DNA of 63,971 nt, filler included, from Octopus bimaculoides (Eukaryota): the NCBI RefSeq assembly GCF_001194135.2. It is 5 parts of 5 records of this genome, joined end to end, with 100 filler letters (N's around TTAATTAATTAA, not from the genome) between each part and the next. Parts side by side here need not be neighbours in the genome. Positions count along the whole stretch, not along the records: positions 19,661 to 43,169 come from NC_068996.1; 4 more parts are not named here. One strand, given 5' to 3'. This document shows, in pieces, positions 25,625 to 37,020 of this stretch. The notes beneath the pieces were generated by a model. The model was not told the origin of the DNA, ran no database searches, and worked only from the letters and a program-made list of their open reading frames with translations. The number at the start of each line of letters is the position of its first letter. Within the stretch, counting starts at the first letter, position 1. The position numbers were made by a program, and so were the translations under genes.

Positions 25625-25830
25625 ATGCTTGCGTGTCTGTATTTGTCCCCCCAACATCGCTTGACAACCAATGTTGGTGTGTTTACATCCCCATAACTTA
25701 GTGGTTTGGCAAAAGAGACTGATAGAATAAGTACTAGGCTTACAAAAGAATAAGTCCTGGGGTCGATTTGTTCAATTGAAGGCGGTGCTCCAGCATGGCC
25801 ACAGTCAAATGACTGAAACAAATAAAAGAG
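25412..25830 (+). mobile_element. SINE family A, full length (tRNA-derived head, internal (TA)n/(TG)n, TAAAAGAG-type tail)
   Basis: Head ..TGTGTGGTAAATAGC..GGTTCAATCCC; body CTTGTGCAAGTGTCTTCTACTATAGCC; end GACTGAAACAAATAAAAGAG. Confidence 0.85.
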
Positions 25831-26159
25831 TATTGCTTTAAAACAAAACTTTTTAAACTTCCCATATTGGTGACCCTTTTTTAAAAAAATAAAATAAACA
25901 TGAAACTGAAATAAGTTATGGAGTTGCTAAAATTGAAGACATGACCTAGCATGGCTGTGTTGTAGCCCAGTAACTAAATCCAAGAAAAGAATATACATTT
26001 GGTTGTGTAAACAAAATGTACGTAAATAGAAATTATGTATATGTTCAAAGCTGATTATTCAACTTAGTGTTACTTTCCAAGTTTTTCTCTGATTTGTTCA
26101 TTTACTCAGGTGAATTCCCTAAGCAACCAACTCAAAGTAGAAATGGAATTAACCATCAG

Positions 26160-26333
26160 CACCCACTACATTCTCAGAGTGGTTGGTGTTAGGAAGGGCA
26201 TCCAGCTGCAGAAACTCTGCCAGATCAGATTGGAGCCTGGTATAGCCACCTGGTTCACCAATCCTCAGTCAAATCGTCCAACCCATACTAGCATGGAAAG
26301 CAGACATTAAACGACGATGATGATGATGATGAT
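26160..26333 (+). mobile_element. RTE 3' tail fragment
   Basis: GGTTGGTGTTAGGAAGGGCATCCAGCTG..CATTAAACGACGATGATG. Confidence 0.85.
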
Positions 26334-26622
26334 CTTCTTCATATATTGCCTGGGATGGATGTGTATTCACATAAGAACAAAAGAGTTGTTTGAAAGACGT
26401 GCATGCATACATGGTCACTTTTTAAAGTTATCTCTATAGATTTTCGGTTCAAATTAGATCCAGCTCTGATTGTTACATTTTATATGCGAATATGTATATG
26501 AGTTTTCAGAAGTTTTTACTCCTTCTTCAGCACCACATCCAACACTTTAAAAACAATGACTGAATTGCACTGCTAACACAAGTAGGACATGATACTGACT
26601 TATAAGCCTTTATACTTGGTAT

Positions 26623-26839
26623 TCCTTTACTTGTTTCAGTCATTTGACTTTGGCCATGCTGGAGCACCACCTTTAGTCAGAGAAATCAGCCCCAGGACTT
26701 ATTCTTTGTAAGCCTAGTACTTATTCTATCGATCTCTTTTGCCAAACTGCTAAGTTTCAGGGACATCAACACACCAGCATTGGTTCTCATGCAATGGTGG
26801 GGGGACAAACACAGACACACAAACATATATATACATATA

Positions 26840-26916
<77 letters not shown>

Positions 26917-27077
26917 GACAAGCTTCTTTCAGTTTCCATCTACCAGATCCACTCACAAAGCTTTGGTTGGCCCAAGGCTACAGTAGAAGACACTTGCCCA
27001 AAGTGCCATGCATTGGAACTGAACCTGGAACCTAATGATTGGGAAGCAAATATTTTACCAAACAGCCACGCCTGCAC
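26623..27077 (-). mobile_element. SINE family A, full length
   Basis: Reverse complement of the 25412 copy with expanded (TA)n. Confidence 0.85.
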
Positions 27078-27732
27078 CTACGAAGTATATTATAGGTACA
27101 TAACAAGTTATGGTGTCCCTACAAGCAATTAATATGATCATCCATGATATTTTGTTTGTACGAATGGCATGATTAGTTCTGCATTTGATGTGAGAGCACT
27201 GTATTTGAAGGCATATAAATCACACTTTTTACCACCCCAAAAATGTCTCAAAAAAAAAAAAAAATCACCCTAAGTTCTAAATGCAAATCAGGCCTCTATT
27301 TTATGCTTTAATACACCAAAAGCATTTTTCTTTTCCCTGAATATGCACCAGTGAAATTAGAGTTTGTTTAATAAATTTCATAAGTGCAACAGTTGCACTT
27401 GTGATTATGAGATAGTGGTTTCATTTTCCAGGTGAGCCATGCATTGCGTTCTTTAGCAAAACACGTTATTTCTTGTTGCTTTAGTCCAAGATGGGGAGGC
27501 AGGAAAATCACCCAAACAGAGGTTTTCCAAGGCACAATGTGTATTCAACAATCAAAAGATAAATAATACAACCCAGTACTGTGAATCCCGACTGGTTGAA
27601 ATCAATTGTTCAACTCTGTTGAAAGCTGATTGATTGAAGCCTATGCATTTTCTATGCCATCAAATGTGGTAAATGATTAGTGTCAAACTGCATCTTCGTA
27701 ACTGTCAAGGAAGCATTGACATCTGAATACAA

Positions 27733-27963
27733 TCATCATCATCATCATCATCATCATCGTTTAACGTCCGCTTTCCATGCTAGCATGGGTTGGACGATTT
27801 GACTGAGGACTGGTGGACCAGATGGCTACACCAGGCTCCAATCTGATTTGGCAGAGTTTCTACAGCTGGATGCCCTTCCTAATGCCAACCACTCCGAGAG
27901 TGTAGTGGGTGCTTTTACGTGCCACCGACACGAAGGTCAGTCAGGTGATACTGGCAATGGCCA
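27733..27963 (-). mobile_element. RTE 3' tail fragment
   Basis: (CAT)n-CGTTTAACGTCCGCTTTCCATGCTAGCATGGG... Confidence 0.85.
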
Positions 27964-28247
27964 CTTATTGATAACAAGTCCAACTCTGTTTGGTTTTTTG
28001 TAAACCTGATCTTGAAACTGTGTGAACTGTCGTCTTGTAAACAAGGCCAAAATCATTGATAATTTGGTTAAACGAATTTTCTAGGACAAAATATGGTCTA
28101 TTATCAATCATACTGTCTTTCGATCAATATTCAGAGTGGTGAGAATTATGAGTAACAAAGTGTCTGAAAGCACGATTTCACTTTTTTGTTTTTGACTTTG
28201 ATGAGAAAGTTAACGTGCTTCTGGGGTCATAGTTTTAGTGGTGCAGA

Positions 28248-28365
28248 TCATCATCATCATCATTTAACGTCTATTTTCCATGCTGGCATGGGTTGGATGG
28301 TTTGACTGAGGGCTGGCAAGCCAGGAGGCTGCACCAGGTCCCAGTCCGATCTGGCAAAGACAGCG
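28248..28365 (-). mobile_element. RTE 3' tail fragment (short)
   Basis: (CAT)n-TTAACGTCTATTTTCCATGCTGGCATGGGTTGG. Confidence 0.7.
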
Positions 28366-28570
28366 AACTGGCAGAATTGGTAGCACACCAGGTGAAATGC
28401 TTAGCAGTATTTCATTTGTCATTACATTCTGAGTTCAAATTCCACCAAAGTCAGCTTTGCCTTCCATCCTTTTGGGATCAATAAAGTAAGTAGCAGTTAT
28501 GCACTGGGGTCAATTATATCAACTAGCCCCTTCCCCACAAATTTCATGCCTTGCGCCTATGAAAGAACTA
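28366..28570 (+). mobile_element. SINE family B
   Basis: GAACTGGCAGAATTGGTAGCAC..TTCTGAGTTCAAATTCC..TTTGCCTTCCATCC. Confidence 0.75.
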
Positions 28571-29512
28571 TTCATAATCTGGTGTTTGGGACATAAATTA
28601 ACATAAAAGAAGTTTGTATCATAAAACCAGGGGTGGTTTCGAGTAGGTTGTTATCAAAAGGGTTAATACTGACTGATTTAGTATTAGATATTCTGATGTT
28701 ATCACAGCAAGAAGTTTTACTGCTTCAAAGACTTTTCTATAAATTACTTTTCTAATAAAAGCCGCCCTATTAGGCAGCATTAAGCTAGCTCCTGTGGAGG
28801 GCTCTTCATTGGATCTTGATGCATTGAGTACATATTTAATTTTATTAAACTTGACCAATATTTTTCAAGCAATGAACAATTTTCATCAAAACAATGAAAT
28901 AATTTGTCCACTTGGAACTTATTACAAAGCTGCAGGATAAACAACAGTTTTTGTCTTCCCATTCGGGGAAGGGGTCAGTACATTTTTTTTTTCTGTCTAA
29001 CCCCTTTCTTTCTCTCTCTCTCTTTCTGTTGATTGTTTTCAACCATCAACATCACCAGTACCACCACCATTGCCACCACAACTGCCATACACACACCATT
29101 CAGACTTCTGACGCCACCTCTATCAACACCTTTGACTTCGCCGCCTTCCCCTCCACCACCATCACCACTGTCTTTCACATCGCTAACTATCACCGTCGTC
29201 CCTGACCGCCTCAACTACCACCACCACCACCATCACCATTGCTTCTGCCTCTCTCACAACTATAACTCATACTATTACCATTACCCCATTACCAACACAA
29301 CAGTCAATCTACTACTGCCCTCACCATCTCTATGCCTACTATTACTCTCACCCCAACATGAGGAATACTAGAAGTGTCATTGAGCAGTGAGATAGGGTCA
29401 AAGTGGGACACACTGACACACAGAAATTTGTTATGGTATTTAATTATTGTAGATTGTTCATCCCTTTGTGTCCTTACTTCTTGAAAGTGTAAAGCTTGCT
29501 GTATTGCTTTAA

Positions 29513-29896
29513 CCCTTTAGCATTTAAACTGGCAATATTCAGCCAAAATATTGTACCTGTTTTATGTTCAAACTGGCCAGATCTGGCTTCTCAGACCTCT
29601 CCTACAGTATCATTCTAAAGATTAACAGTTACCTCATCAAAAGCTCAAGGCTACAAGATAATGCATGATTAATTCAAAACAATGTGAATAAATAGGCATT
29701 GCATTAGTCCACTCTGCTGGGTAGTTGGTGTTAGGAAGGGCATCTACCCATAAAAACCATACCAAAACAGCCACAGAAGTCTGGTTCAGGCTTCTGCCTG
29801 GCTGGCCCCTGTAAAACCATCCAACCCATGCCAGCATGGAAGGCGAACATTAAACGATGATGTTGCATTTGATAGAATAATGTGAATGCTAAACGG
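29513..29896. mobile_element. piggyBac-type MITE interrupted by an RTE tail
   Basis: TTAA|CCCTTTAGCATT...AATGCTAAACGG|TTAA; TTAA target sites on both sides. Confidence 0.8.
29706..29862 (+). mobile_element. RTE 3' tail fragment with 7-bp TSD
   Basis: Flanked by TTGCATT at 29699-29705 and 29863-29869. Confidence 0.8.
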
Positions 29897-30323
29897 TTAA
29901 AACAGAACTTTCCAAACTTTTCAAATTAGTGACACAATTTTTCAAAACAAAATTTTACTTTATACCTTATTTCAGTTTTGTTTACAATTACATATTATGT
30001 CATATGTCACTAATTATGTATAACTAACTGTACAAAGAGTTGTCACATCTCAAAAATAATTCACTGCCAAACATTGGTCTTAAATTTGACTCACTATCAT
30101 GGCACATCTAGAGATTGTAAGTGATGTACAGTTTGGAAACCTTTGCTGCTCTATAGCATATTGTTTATCTTAATAAGAACTAATCTTTGAATGCTAGAGA
30201 TTTAATCCTTATCTTACATATGGATCTGCCTGCGAAACCCTTAACAGAGTGGGTCTGGTAGAATGAATCTGAAAAAAAGTCCATTGCATATATATGATGA
30301 TGATGATGATGATGATGGTGCTT

Positions 30324-30547
30324 GTGTCTTTGCATTTGTGTTTCTCCACCACCACTTGACAACCAGTGTTGGTGTGTTTACATCCCGGTAACCTAGCAGT
30401 TTGGTTAAAGAGACTGATAGAATAAGTACCTTGTTTAAAAATAAAAATTCAATTATTAGGGGTCACTTCAGTTGACAAAAAATTCTCCAAGGTGGTGCCC
30501 CAGCATGGCCACAGTTGAATATGTGAAACAAGTAAAAGGTAAAAGAT
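30324..30547 (+). mobile_element. SINE family A, 3' half
   Basis: CTTGACAACCAGTGTTGGTGTGTTTACATCCC..CCAGCATGGCCACAG..GAAACAAGTAAAAG. Confidence 0.75.
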
Positions 30548-30696
30548 TAGTTTGTTGTGTCCTTGAACAAAGCGCTTAATATCACTTTGCCCAAATAGGT
30601 GCTGCAGAAAATTAGCACCAGTGTACCCAGGGGTTAGCCCTGTGATGGACTGACATCCCATCTTCAGGGTGGAGTCTTGTACTTGCATCTTGAACA

Positions 30697-30961
30697 TCAT
30701 CATCATCGTTTAACGTCCGCTTTCCATGCTAGCATGGGTTGGACGATTTGACAGAGGACTGGTGAAACCAGATGACTACATGAGGCTCCAATCTGATCTG
30801 GCAGAGTTTCTACAGCTGGATGCCCTTCCTAACGCCAACCACTCTGAGAGTGTAGTGGGTGCTTTTACGTGCCACCGGCACGAAGGCCAGTCAGGCAGTA
30901 CTGGCAACGGCCACACTCGAAATGGTGTATTTTACATGCCACCTGCACAGGAGCCAGTCCA
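30697..30961 (-). mobile_element. RTE 3' tail fragment running into gap
   Basis: Same tail sequence as the 20247 copy. Confidence 0.85.
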
Positions 30962-31693
30962 NNNNNNNNNNNNNNNNNNNNNNNNNNNNNNNNNNNNNNN
31001 NNNNNNNNNNNNNNNNNNNNNNNNNNNNNNNNNNNNNNNNNNNNNNNNNNNNNNNNNNNNNNNNNNNNNNNNNNNNNNNNNNNNNNNNNNNNNNNNNNNN
31101 NNNNNNNNNNNNNNNNNNNNNNNNNNNNNNNNNNNNNNNNNNNNNNNNNNNNNNNNNNNNNNNNNNNNNNNNNNNNNNNNNNNNNNNNNNNNNNNNNNNN
31201 NNNNNNNNNNNNNNNNNNNNNNNNNNNNNNNNNNNNNNNNNNNNNNNNNNNNNNNNNNNNNNNNNNNNNNNNNNNNNNNNNNNNNNNNNNNNNNNNNNNN
31301 NNNNNNNNNNNNNNNNNNNNNNNNNNNNNNNNNNNNNNNNNNNNNNNNNNNNNNNNNNNNNNNNNNNNNNNNNNNNNNNNNNNNNNNNNNNNNNNNNNNN
31401 NNNNNNNNNNNNNNNNNNNNNNNNNNNNNNNNNNNNNNNNNNNNNNNNNNNNNNNNNNNNNNNNNNNNNNNNNNNNNNNNNNNNNNNNNNNNNNNNNNNN
31501 NNNNNNNNNNNNNNNNNNNNNNNNNNNNNNNNNNNNNNNNNNNNNNNNNNNNNNNNNNNNNNNNNNNNNNNNNNNNNNNNNNNNNNNNNNNNNNNNNNNN
31601 NNNNNNNNNNNNNNNNNNNNNNNNNNNNNNNNNNNNNNNNNNNNNNNNNNNNNNNNNNNNNNNNNNNNNNNNNNNNATACATACATACATACA

Positions 31694-31729
<36 letters not shown>

Positions 31730-31737
31730 TATATATA

Positions 31738-32095
31738 TGGCTGTGTGGTAAGAAGCTTGCTTACCAACCACATGGTCCCAGGTTCAGTCCCACTGCATGG
31801 CACTTTGGGCAAGTGTCTTCTACTATAGCTTCAGGCTGACCAAAGCCTTGTGAGTGGATTTGGTAGACAGAAACTGAAAGAAGCCCATCATATATGTGTA
31901 TGCATTTGTATGTATTTGTTATTCGTGTCTCAGTTTGCCCCTCACCACCACCACCATTGCTTGACAACTGATGGTGGTGCGTTTACGTCTCCCGTAACTT
32001 AGCGGTTCTACAAAAGTGACCAATAGAATAAGTACTAGGCTTACAAAGAATAAGTCCTGGGGTTGATTTGTTTGACTAAAGGTGGTGCTCCAGTC
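31738..32095 (+). mobile_element. SINE family A
   Basis: TGGCTGTGTGGTAAGAAGC..GGTTCAGTCCC..GGTGGTGCTCCAG. Confidence 0.85.
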
Positions 32096-32100
32096 AGTCG

Positions 32101-32555
32101 CCACATCAAAGTAGTTGTTCCATGTTACTACTAGTTTAACCCCAGGCAGATTCTCCACCAGCTGGTTATTGGTGCGACTCTGCGTCTTTTTATATATACA
32201 ATATATACTGTGGCCTTTTTAGTATAGTTACTACTCTGATATTTTCTTGAGGTTTTACAACTAACTATTTTGCTTGCTGCAAATCAATGACCGATGGTCA
32301 CTTTACTCTGGTGGTCAGGTGCTTGCAACTGAGGATGAGCCAAATAGCTCAAAACTGAGTCGGACTCACGATCCTGTTACCTACTAGAGGGTGGTAGGGG
32401 TTCACTTTCCCTGCTAACAATATATATTGTATATTAAGGGTGCAGAGTCACACTGATAACCAGCTAGTAAGATGGAACAGCCACTTTGATGTGGTGACTA
32501 ACTTTGCTTTTTAGTATAGTTACCATTTTGATCACTTCTTGAGATTTTACAACTA
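32101..32555 (+). mobile_element. Probable PLE pLTR remnant with inverted and direct partial repeats and a degenerate HHR
   Basis: 32101-32183 inverted versus 32440-32494; 32216-32262 direct versus 32507-32554; CTGAGGA-T-GAGC/GCTC-AAAAC-TGA-GTC at 32329-32361. Confidence 0.5.
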
Positions 32556-32603
32556 TATATTAGATATATACATATGTATATATGTGTATATATATATATA
32601 TAG

Positions 32604-33030
32604 TCTTTACTCTTTTACTTGCTTCATTTATTTGACTGCGGCCATGCTGGAGCACTGCCTTTTAGTCAAGCAAATCACCCCCAGGACTTATTCTTTGTAA
32701 GCTTAGTACTTGTTCTATCGCTGTCTTTTGCCGAACTGCTAAGTTACGGGGACGTAAACACACCAACATTGGTTATCAAGCGATGTTGGAAGACAAACAT
32801 ATACACACACATACATATATATACGACGGACTTCTTTTAGTTTCCATCTACCAAATCCACTCACAAGGCTTTGGTCGGCCTGTGGCTATAGTAGAAGACA
32901 CTTGCCCAAGGTGCCACGCAGTGGGAATGAACCNNNNNNNNNNGGCTATAGTAGAAGACACTTGCCCAAGGTGCCACGCAGTGGGAATGAACCCGGAACC
33001 ATGTGGTTGGTAAGCAAGCTACTTACCACA
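32604..33030 (-). mobile_element. SINE family A
   Basis: Reverse of family A; contains a 10-N gap with duplicated flanks. Confidence 0.85.
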
Positions 33031-33115
33031 TCTTTATAAGAATTTATCAAGTAGTTAGCATGAAAAACATCATAAGGGAAAAATTTATTAACTATTCCCT
33101 TTAAATATATTTATT

Positions 33116-33264
33116 TATATTAAAGGCATTACTATACATAAATGCCTCATGCTAGGAGGGACTCTAAAAGTCAAACTACCATATTATGGTGTTTATTATG
33201 GTAGTTTGACTTTTAGAGTCCCTCCTAGCGTGAGGCATTTATGCGTAGTAATGCCCTTAATATA
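33116..33264. repeat. 149-bp near-perfect palindrome (68-bp arms, 13-nt loop)
   Basis: Arms differ at 4 positions; a single-arm copy occurs at about 21895-21930. Confidence 0.9.
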
Positions 33265-33334
33265 ATATACATATTGTTATATTTGGGGATGGTCTTTTTT
33301 TTTTCAAAATAAACACATGCTCTATATATTCATT

Positions 33335-33712
33335 CTCTCTTTTACTTGTTTCAGTCATTTGGCTGCGCCCATGCTGGAGCACCGCCTTTATAGTTGAGCA
33401 AATTGACCCCAGAGCTTATTCTTTGTAAGCCTAGTTCTTATTCTATCAGTCTCTTTTTGCCAAACTGCTAAGTTACAGGGACGTAAACACACCACCATCG
33501 GTTGTCAAGTGATGTTGGGGGGACAAAACATATACACATACATACATATATGTATACATATACAACGGGCTTCTTCCAGTTTCCGTCTACCAAATCCACT
33601 CACAAGGATTTGATCGGCTTGAGGCTATAGTAGAAGACACTTGCTCAAGGTTCCATGCAGTGGGAATGAACCTGGAACCATGTGGTTGGTAAGCAAGCTA
33701 CTTACCACACAC
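33335..33712 (-). mobile_element. SINE family A
   Basis: Reverse of family A, nearly full length. Confidence 0.85.
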
Positions 33713-34844
33713 TGTTCTTATTTTAACTCGTGTCCATTGTCTTGAAATCTTTTGTCACACATCTGTGACCTCTTCAACATCACTTTTCATTTTTGTGTGT
33801 GCTCTTGTTACATTATGTCATGTTGATTCACTCCATTCTGGAGTAAGTGGAGCAAGTGCACACAAGAAAACGAAAACTGTCGCTGAAGAGGTCACAGATG
33901 TGTGATGAAAGATTTCCAGAGAATGGACATGAGTTGAAATAAGAATAGTAATGAATGAGTGAAGAACAAATATATGGTGCGTGTGTTTATTTGGCAAGAA
34001 AATGAAAAATGACCATCCCAAAATACAACAATATCTGTTTCAACACATATTTTCACATCAGAAATCTTGCAACACAAATTTATAAACATATATATAAGAT
34101 GGAGCAGGGACAACTGAAGAAGGGAAATATTCTTTATGATGCATGTCTCGTTTCTCTGTTTGTTTTTTTGTTGTTCGAAAAAAGGTTTGTTTTCTGTCTT
34201 TGTCTTTATGTTTTCGTTTCTCATTGTGTTTAACGTTTTTTGTGATGTCCTGTACCCATATATGCTTGTATGTATACATATAGATGTAGGTATGTAGATA
34301 TATGTATGGATATATGCATATATTCATATATTATTTATGTTATTATATGTATAAATCACTTTACAGATAGTTGTTTAAAATAGATTTTTAACATTAGTAC
34401 AAGTATTCATATTATGAAGTGGTTGCTGGTGTGTATAACCAATTAAACCAATCCCGGTAATTAGTCTGTGGCTTATGCTGTTATTATTGATCTCTGAAGG
34501 ATGAAAAACAAAAATCAAACCTAGCAGACAGTTCTTTGATATGAAATGTGCAGCCGGCAGTAGTGCATCTTTGTCTTGATAACAAGAACCAATTGTTCTG
34601 CATACGGAGTTTCTGTTTGCAGAATTAACACGAAAGTAGCTGAGTATTCCATAGACACATATGCTTACTCTCAATACAGTTCTCAGGGTGAATCAACATG
34701 ACACAAAGTAACATGGCTGGATCTCTGAATTACAATTGTGACCTGATAGAGACAACAACAACAAAAACATTCCTATTATTAGATTAATACTGTATTTTTA
34801 TTAGCCTTGTAAAGATTAAGATAAATTTATCACTTCCTGTTTGA

Positions 34845-34925
34845 AGCTCTGATGAAACTGTAAGGTGTTACTCAAGCACTCAACTATGAGTCCACTGCAT
34901 CTTATAGCAGAAACAGCTGTAAGCT
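34845..34925 (+). ncRNA. Type I hammerhead ribozyme motif with intact catalytic core (PLE pLTR-type)
   Basis: AGCT-CTGATGA(34849-55)-AA-CTGTAAGGTG/CATCTTATAG 10-bp stem II-CA-GAAAC(34910-14)-AGCT-GTA-AGCT; palindromic stem III ACAGCTGT. Confidence 0.7.
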
Positions 34926-34994
34926 AATGAAGTTGATTATGTAATTGTTTATTTCTTTGTCATCTTTTTTTCTTATATGTGTATATATATCTTT

Positions 34995-35390
34995 TATTTA
35001 TTACTTGTTTCAGTCATTTGATTGCAGCCATGCTGGAGCACTGCCTTAAAGGATTTATAGTCGAACAAATCAACCCCAGGACTTATTTTTTAAGCCAAGT
35101 ACCTATTCTATTAATCCGTTTTTCTTTCAGTCTCTTTTTGCCAAACTACTAAATTAGGGGGCATAAACACACCAACACCCACCAGTCATCAACCAGTGAT
35201 GAGGGGACAAACACAGATACAAACACACACACACACACATACACACACGACAGACTTCTTTCAGTTTCTGTTTACCAAATCCACTCACAAGGCTATAGTA
35301 GAAGACACATGCCTAAGGTGCCATGGGACTGAAACCTTAAGACCATGTCGTTGAGAAACAAACTTCTTACCACACAGCCATGCTTGCACC
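34995..35390 (-). mobile_element. SINE family A (diverged)
   Basis: Reverse of family A. Confidence 0.8.
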
Positions 35391-35640
35391 TATCTATCAA
35401 AACAGGGGATTGGAAAATTTTTGGATTTTATTTATTCACCATTACATGTGTTTCATTTGCTAATAGTAGTTAGAAATGAAACACACGTAGTTGTGACTAA
35501 ATAATACAAACAAATTTTCCAATCTCCTGTTTTGATATATTACTCTGCAGAAGATATTTTCCAATATTTTTAACTGTTGTGTATAACTTACAAATAAAAC
35601 TGAATAGAAAAAGTCAAAAGCTACCTTCAATTTTTTCTGT

Positions 35641-35778
35641 GCTTCCCAACCACATGGTTCTAGGTTCAATTCCATTGTGTGGCACTTTGGGCAAGTGTTT
35701 TCTTCTATAGCCCCAGACTGACCAAAGCTTTGTGAGTGGATTTAGTAGACAGAAACTGAAAGAAGCCCATTGTATATA
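35641..35778 (+). mobile_element. SINE family A, 5' half
   Basis: CCAACCACATGGTTCTAGGTTCAATTCC..GAAACTGAAAGAAGCCC. Confidence 0.75.
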
Positions 35779-35779
35779 T

Positions 35780-37020
35780 TTTAAGCATCTCAGCAGTGAT
35801 TCCTGATGAGCCAGGGGATTTTCCTGATTTCATATCCTTAATTGCTTTATCTACCAGGGTTCTATCGATTTGGGTAGCTGGTCCCTTGACTGGATCAACA
35901 TTTGGCAGACTCTCCTCCTCCCATTTATTCTCTACATTCAGCAGCCTTTCATAATGGCTCCTCCAAGCCTCTTTCTTTGCAGAATCATTAAATGCAAGTG
36001 CACCATCATCCATGCGAACACATTTCTCTCCTATGACATCACAATTTTCTCTCACACACTGTCTTGCAATCCAAAATACTTCAGTTCTTTGGTCCTCGTG
36101 TCACTGAACATTGGCAAACTTCTTTTCTGCTTCTCCCTTGGCTATATACACCTGTCTCTCAGCCTCACTTCTGGCTATCTGGTACAGTTCCCTGCTACCC
36201 TCACTCTCCCAGGTTTTCCAAGCCTGTTTCTTTGCTCTAATGGCCTTGTCTACTGTATTATTCCACTATCACGTCACCCTGGGTCTGGAAGGGACTTTGC
36301 ATCAGCCACAGATCTGGTCTGTAGTGCTCTGTTAGCTGTCCCGTAGGAATTTCCAGTTACCCTCTATGTCCTAGGTCTGTAGCTCCTCCTCTCTGTCATC
36401 AAATTCCTAAATGAGTATGTCTCTAAATCTCTGACCATGTGAAAGGTCTTTTAGCATCCAAATCTTTCTTTTCTCAATTGGTCCACTTCTTGGCATCCTT
36501 CTGGCCTCAAGTCTAAAGTCAGCAATGACTAGTCTATGCTGGGGGATACATTCTTCACCCTGGAGGGTCTTTGTGTTTAAGAGCAACATGGTATCTTGCT
36601 GTCTGGTGAAGATGAAATCAATCTGGCTTGCAGAGTCACCTGATTGATAGGTTATCAGGTGGCTGTCTGGCTTCCTGCATATTAATAGGTTATTTGCATC
36701 GCAGAACTCCAGTAGCCTAGTTCCCTCCTTGTTTCAGGAACCAATTCCATGACCCCTGTGAATACCATGGAAGATACCGGATTGCCATCCGACATGCCTA
36801 TTAAAATTTCTAGCTGCAAAGATGAGGTCATTGCCACTAGTCTTTGGGGTAGCCTGTAGAAGGGTATCATAAAAGTGGTCCTTCTGATCATTTGGTAGGC
36901 CTGCTTGTTGGGTGTAGGCAGAGATAATTGTAGCTATACTATTCTGCAAGACTAGCCTGAGCTTAAGCACTCTATCGCATAACCTGACTACCTCTATGAC
37001 CTTATCCACTCATTTCTCTG
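35780..37020 (-). mobile_element. RTE-clade LINE fragment, APE endonuclease to pre-RT region
   Basis: Collinear peptides with stops: DRVLKLRLVL..IISAY, SQIDF, QHRLVIADF, EAWRSHYERLLN, IKDMKSGKSPGSSGITAEMLK. Confidence 0.9.

Noticed and set aside
32884-32993. Apparent 50-bp tandem duplication either side of a 10-N gap (similar at 38047 and 63724)
   Set aside because: Typical overlapping contig ends at a negative gap; assembly artefact.
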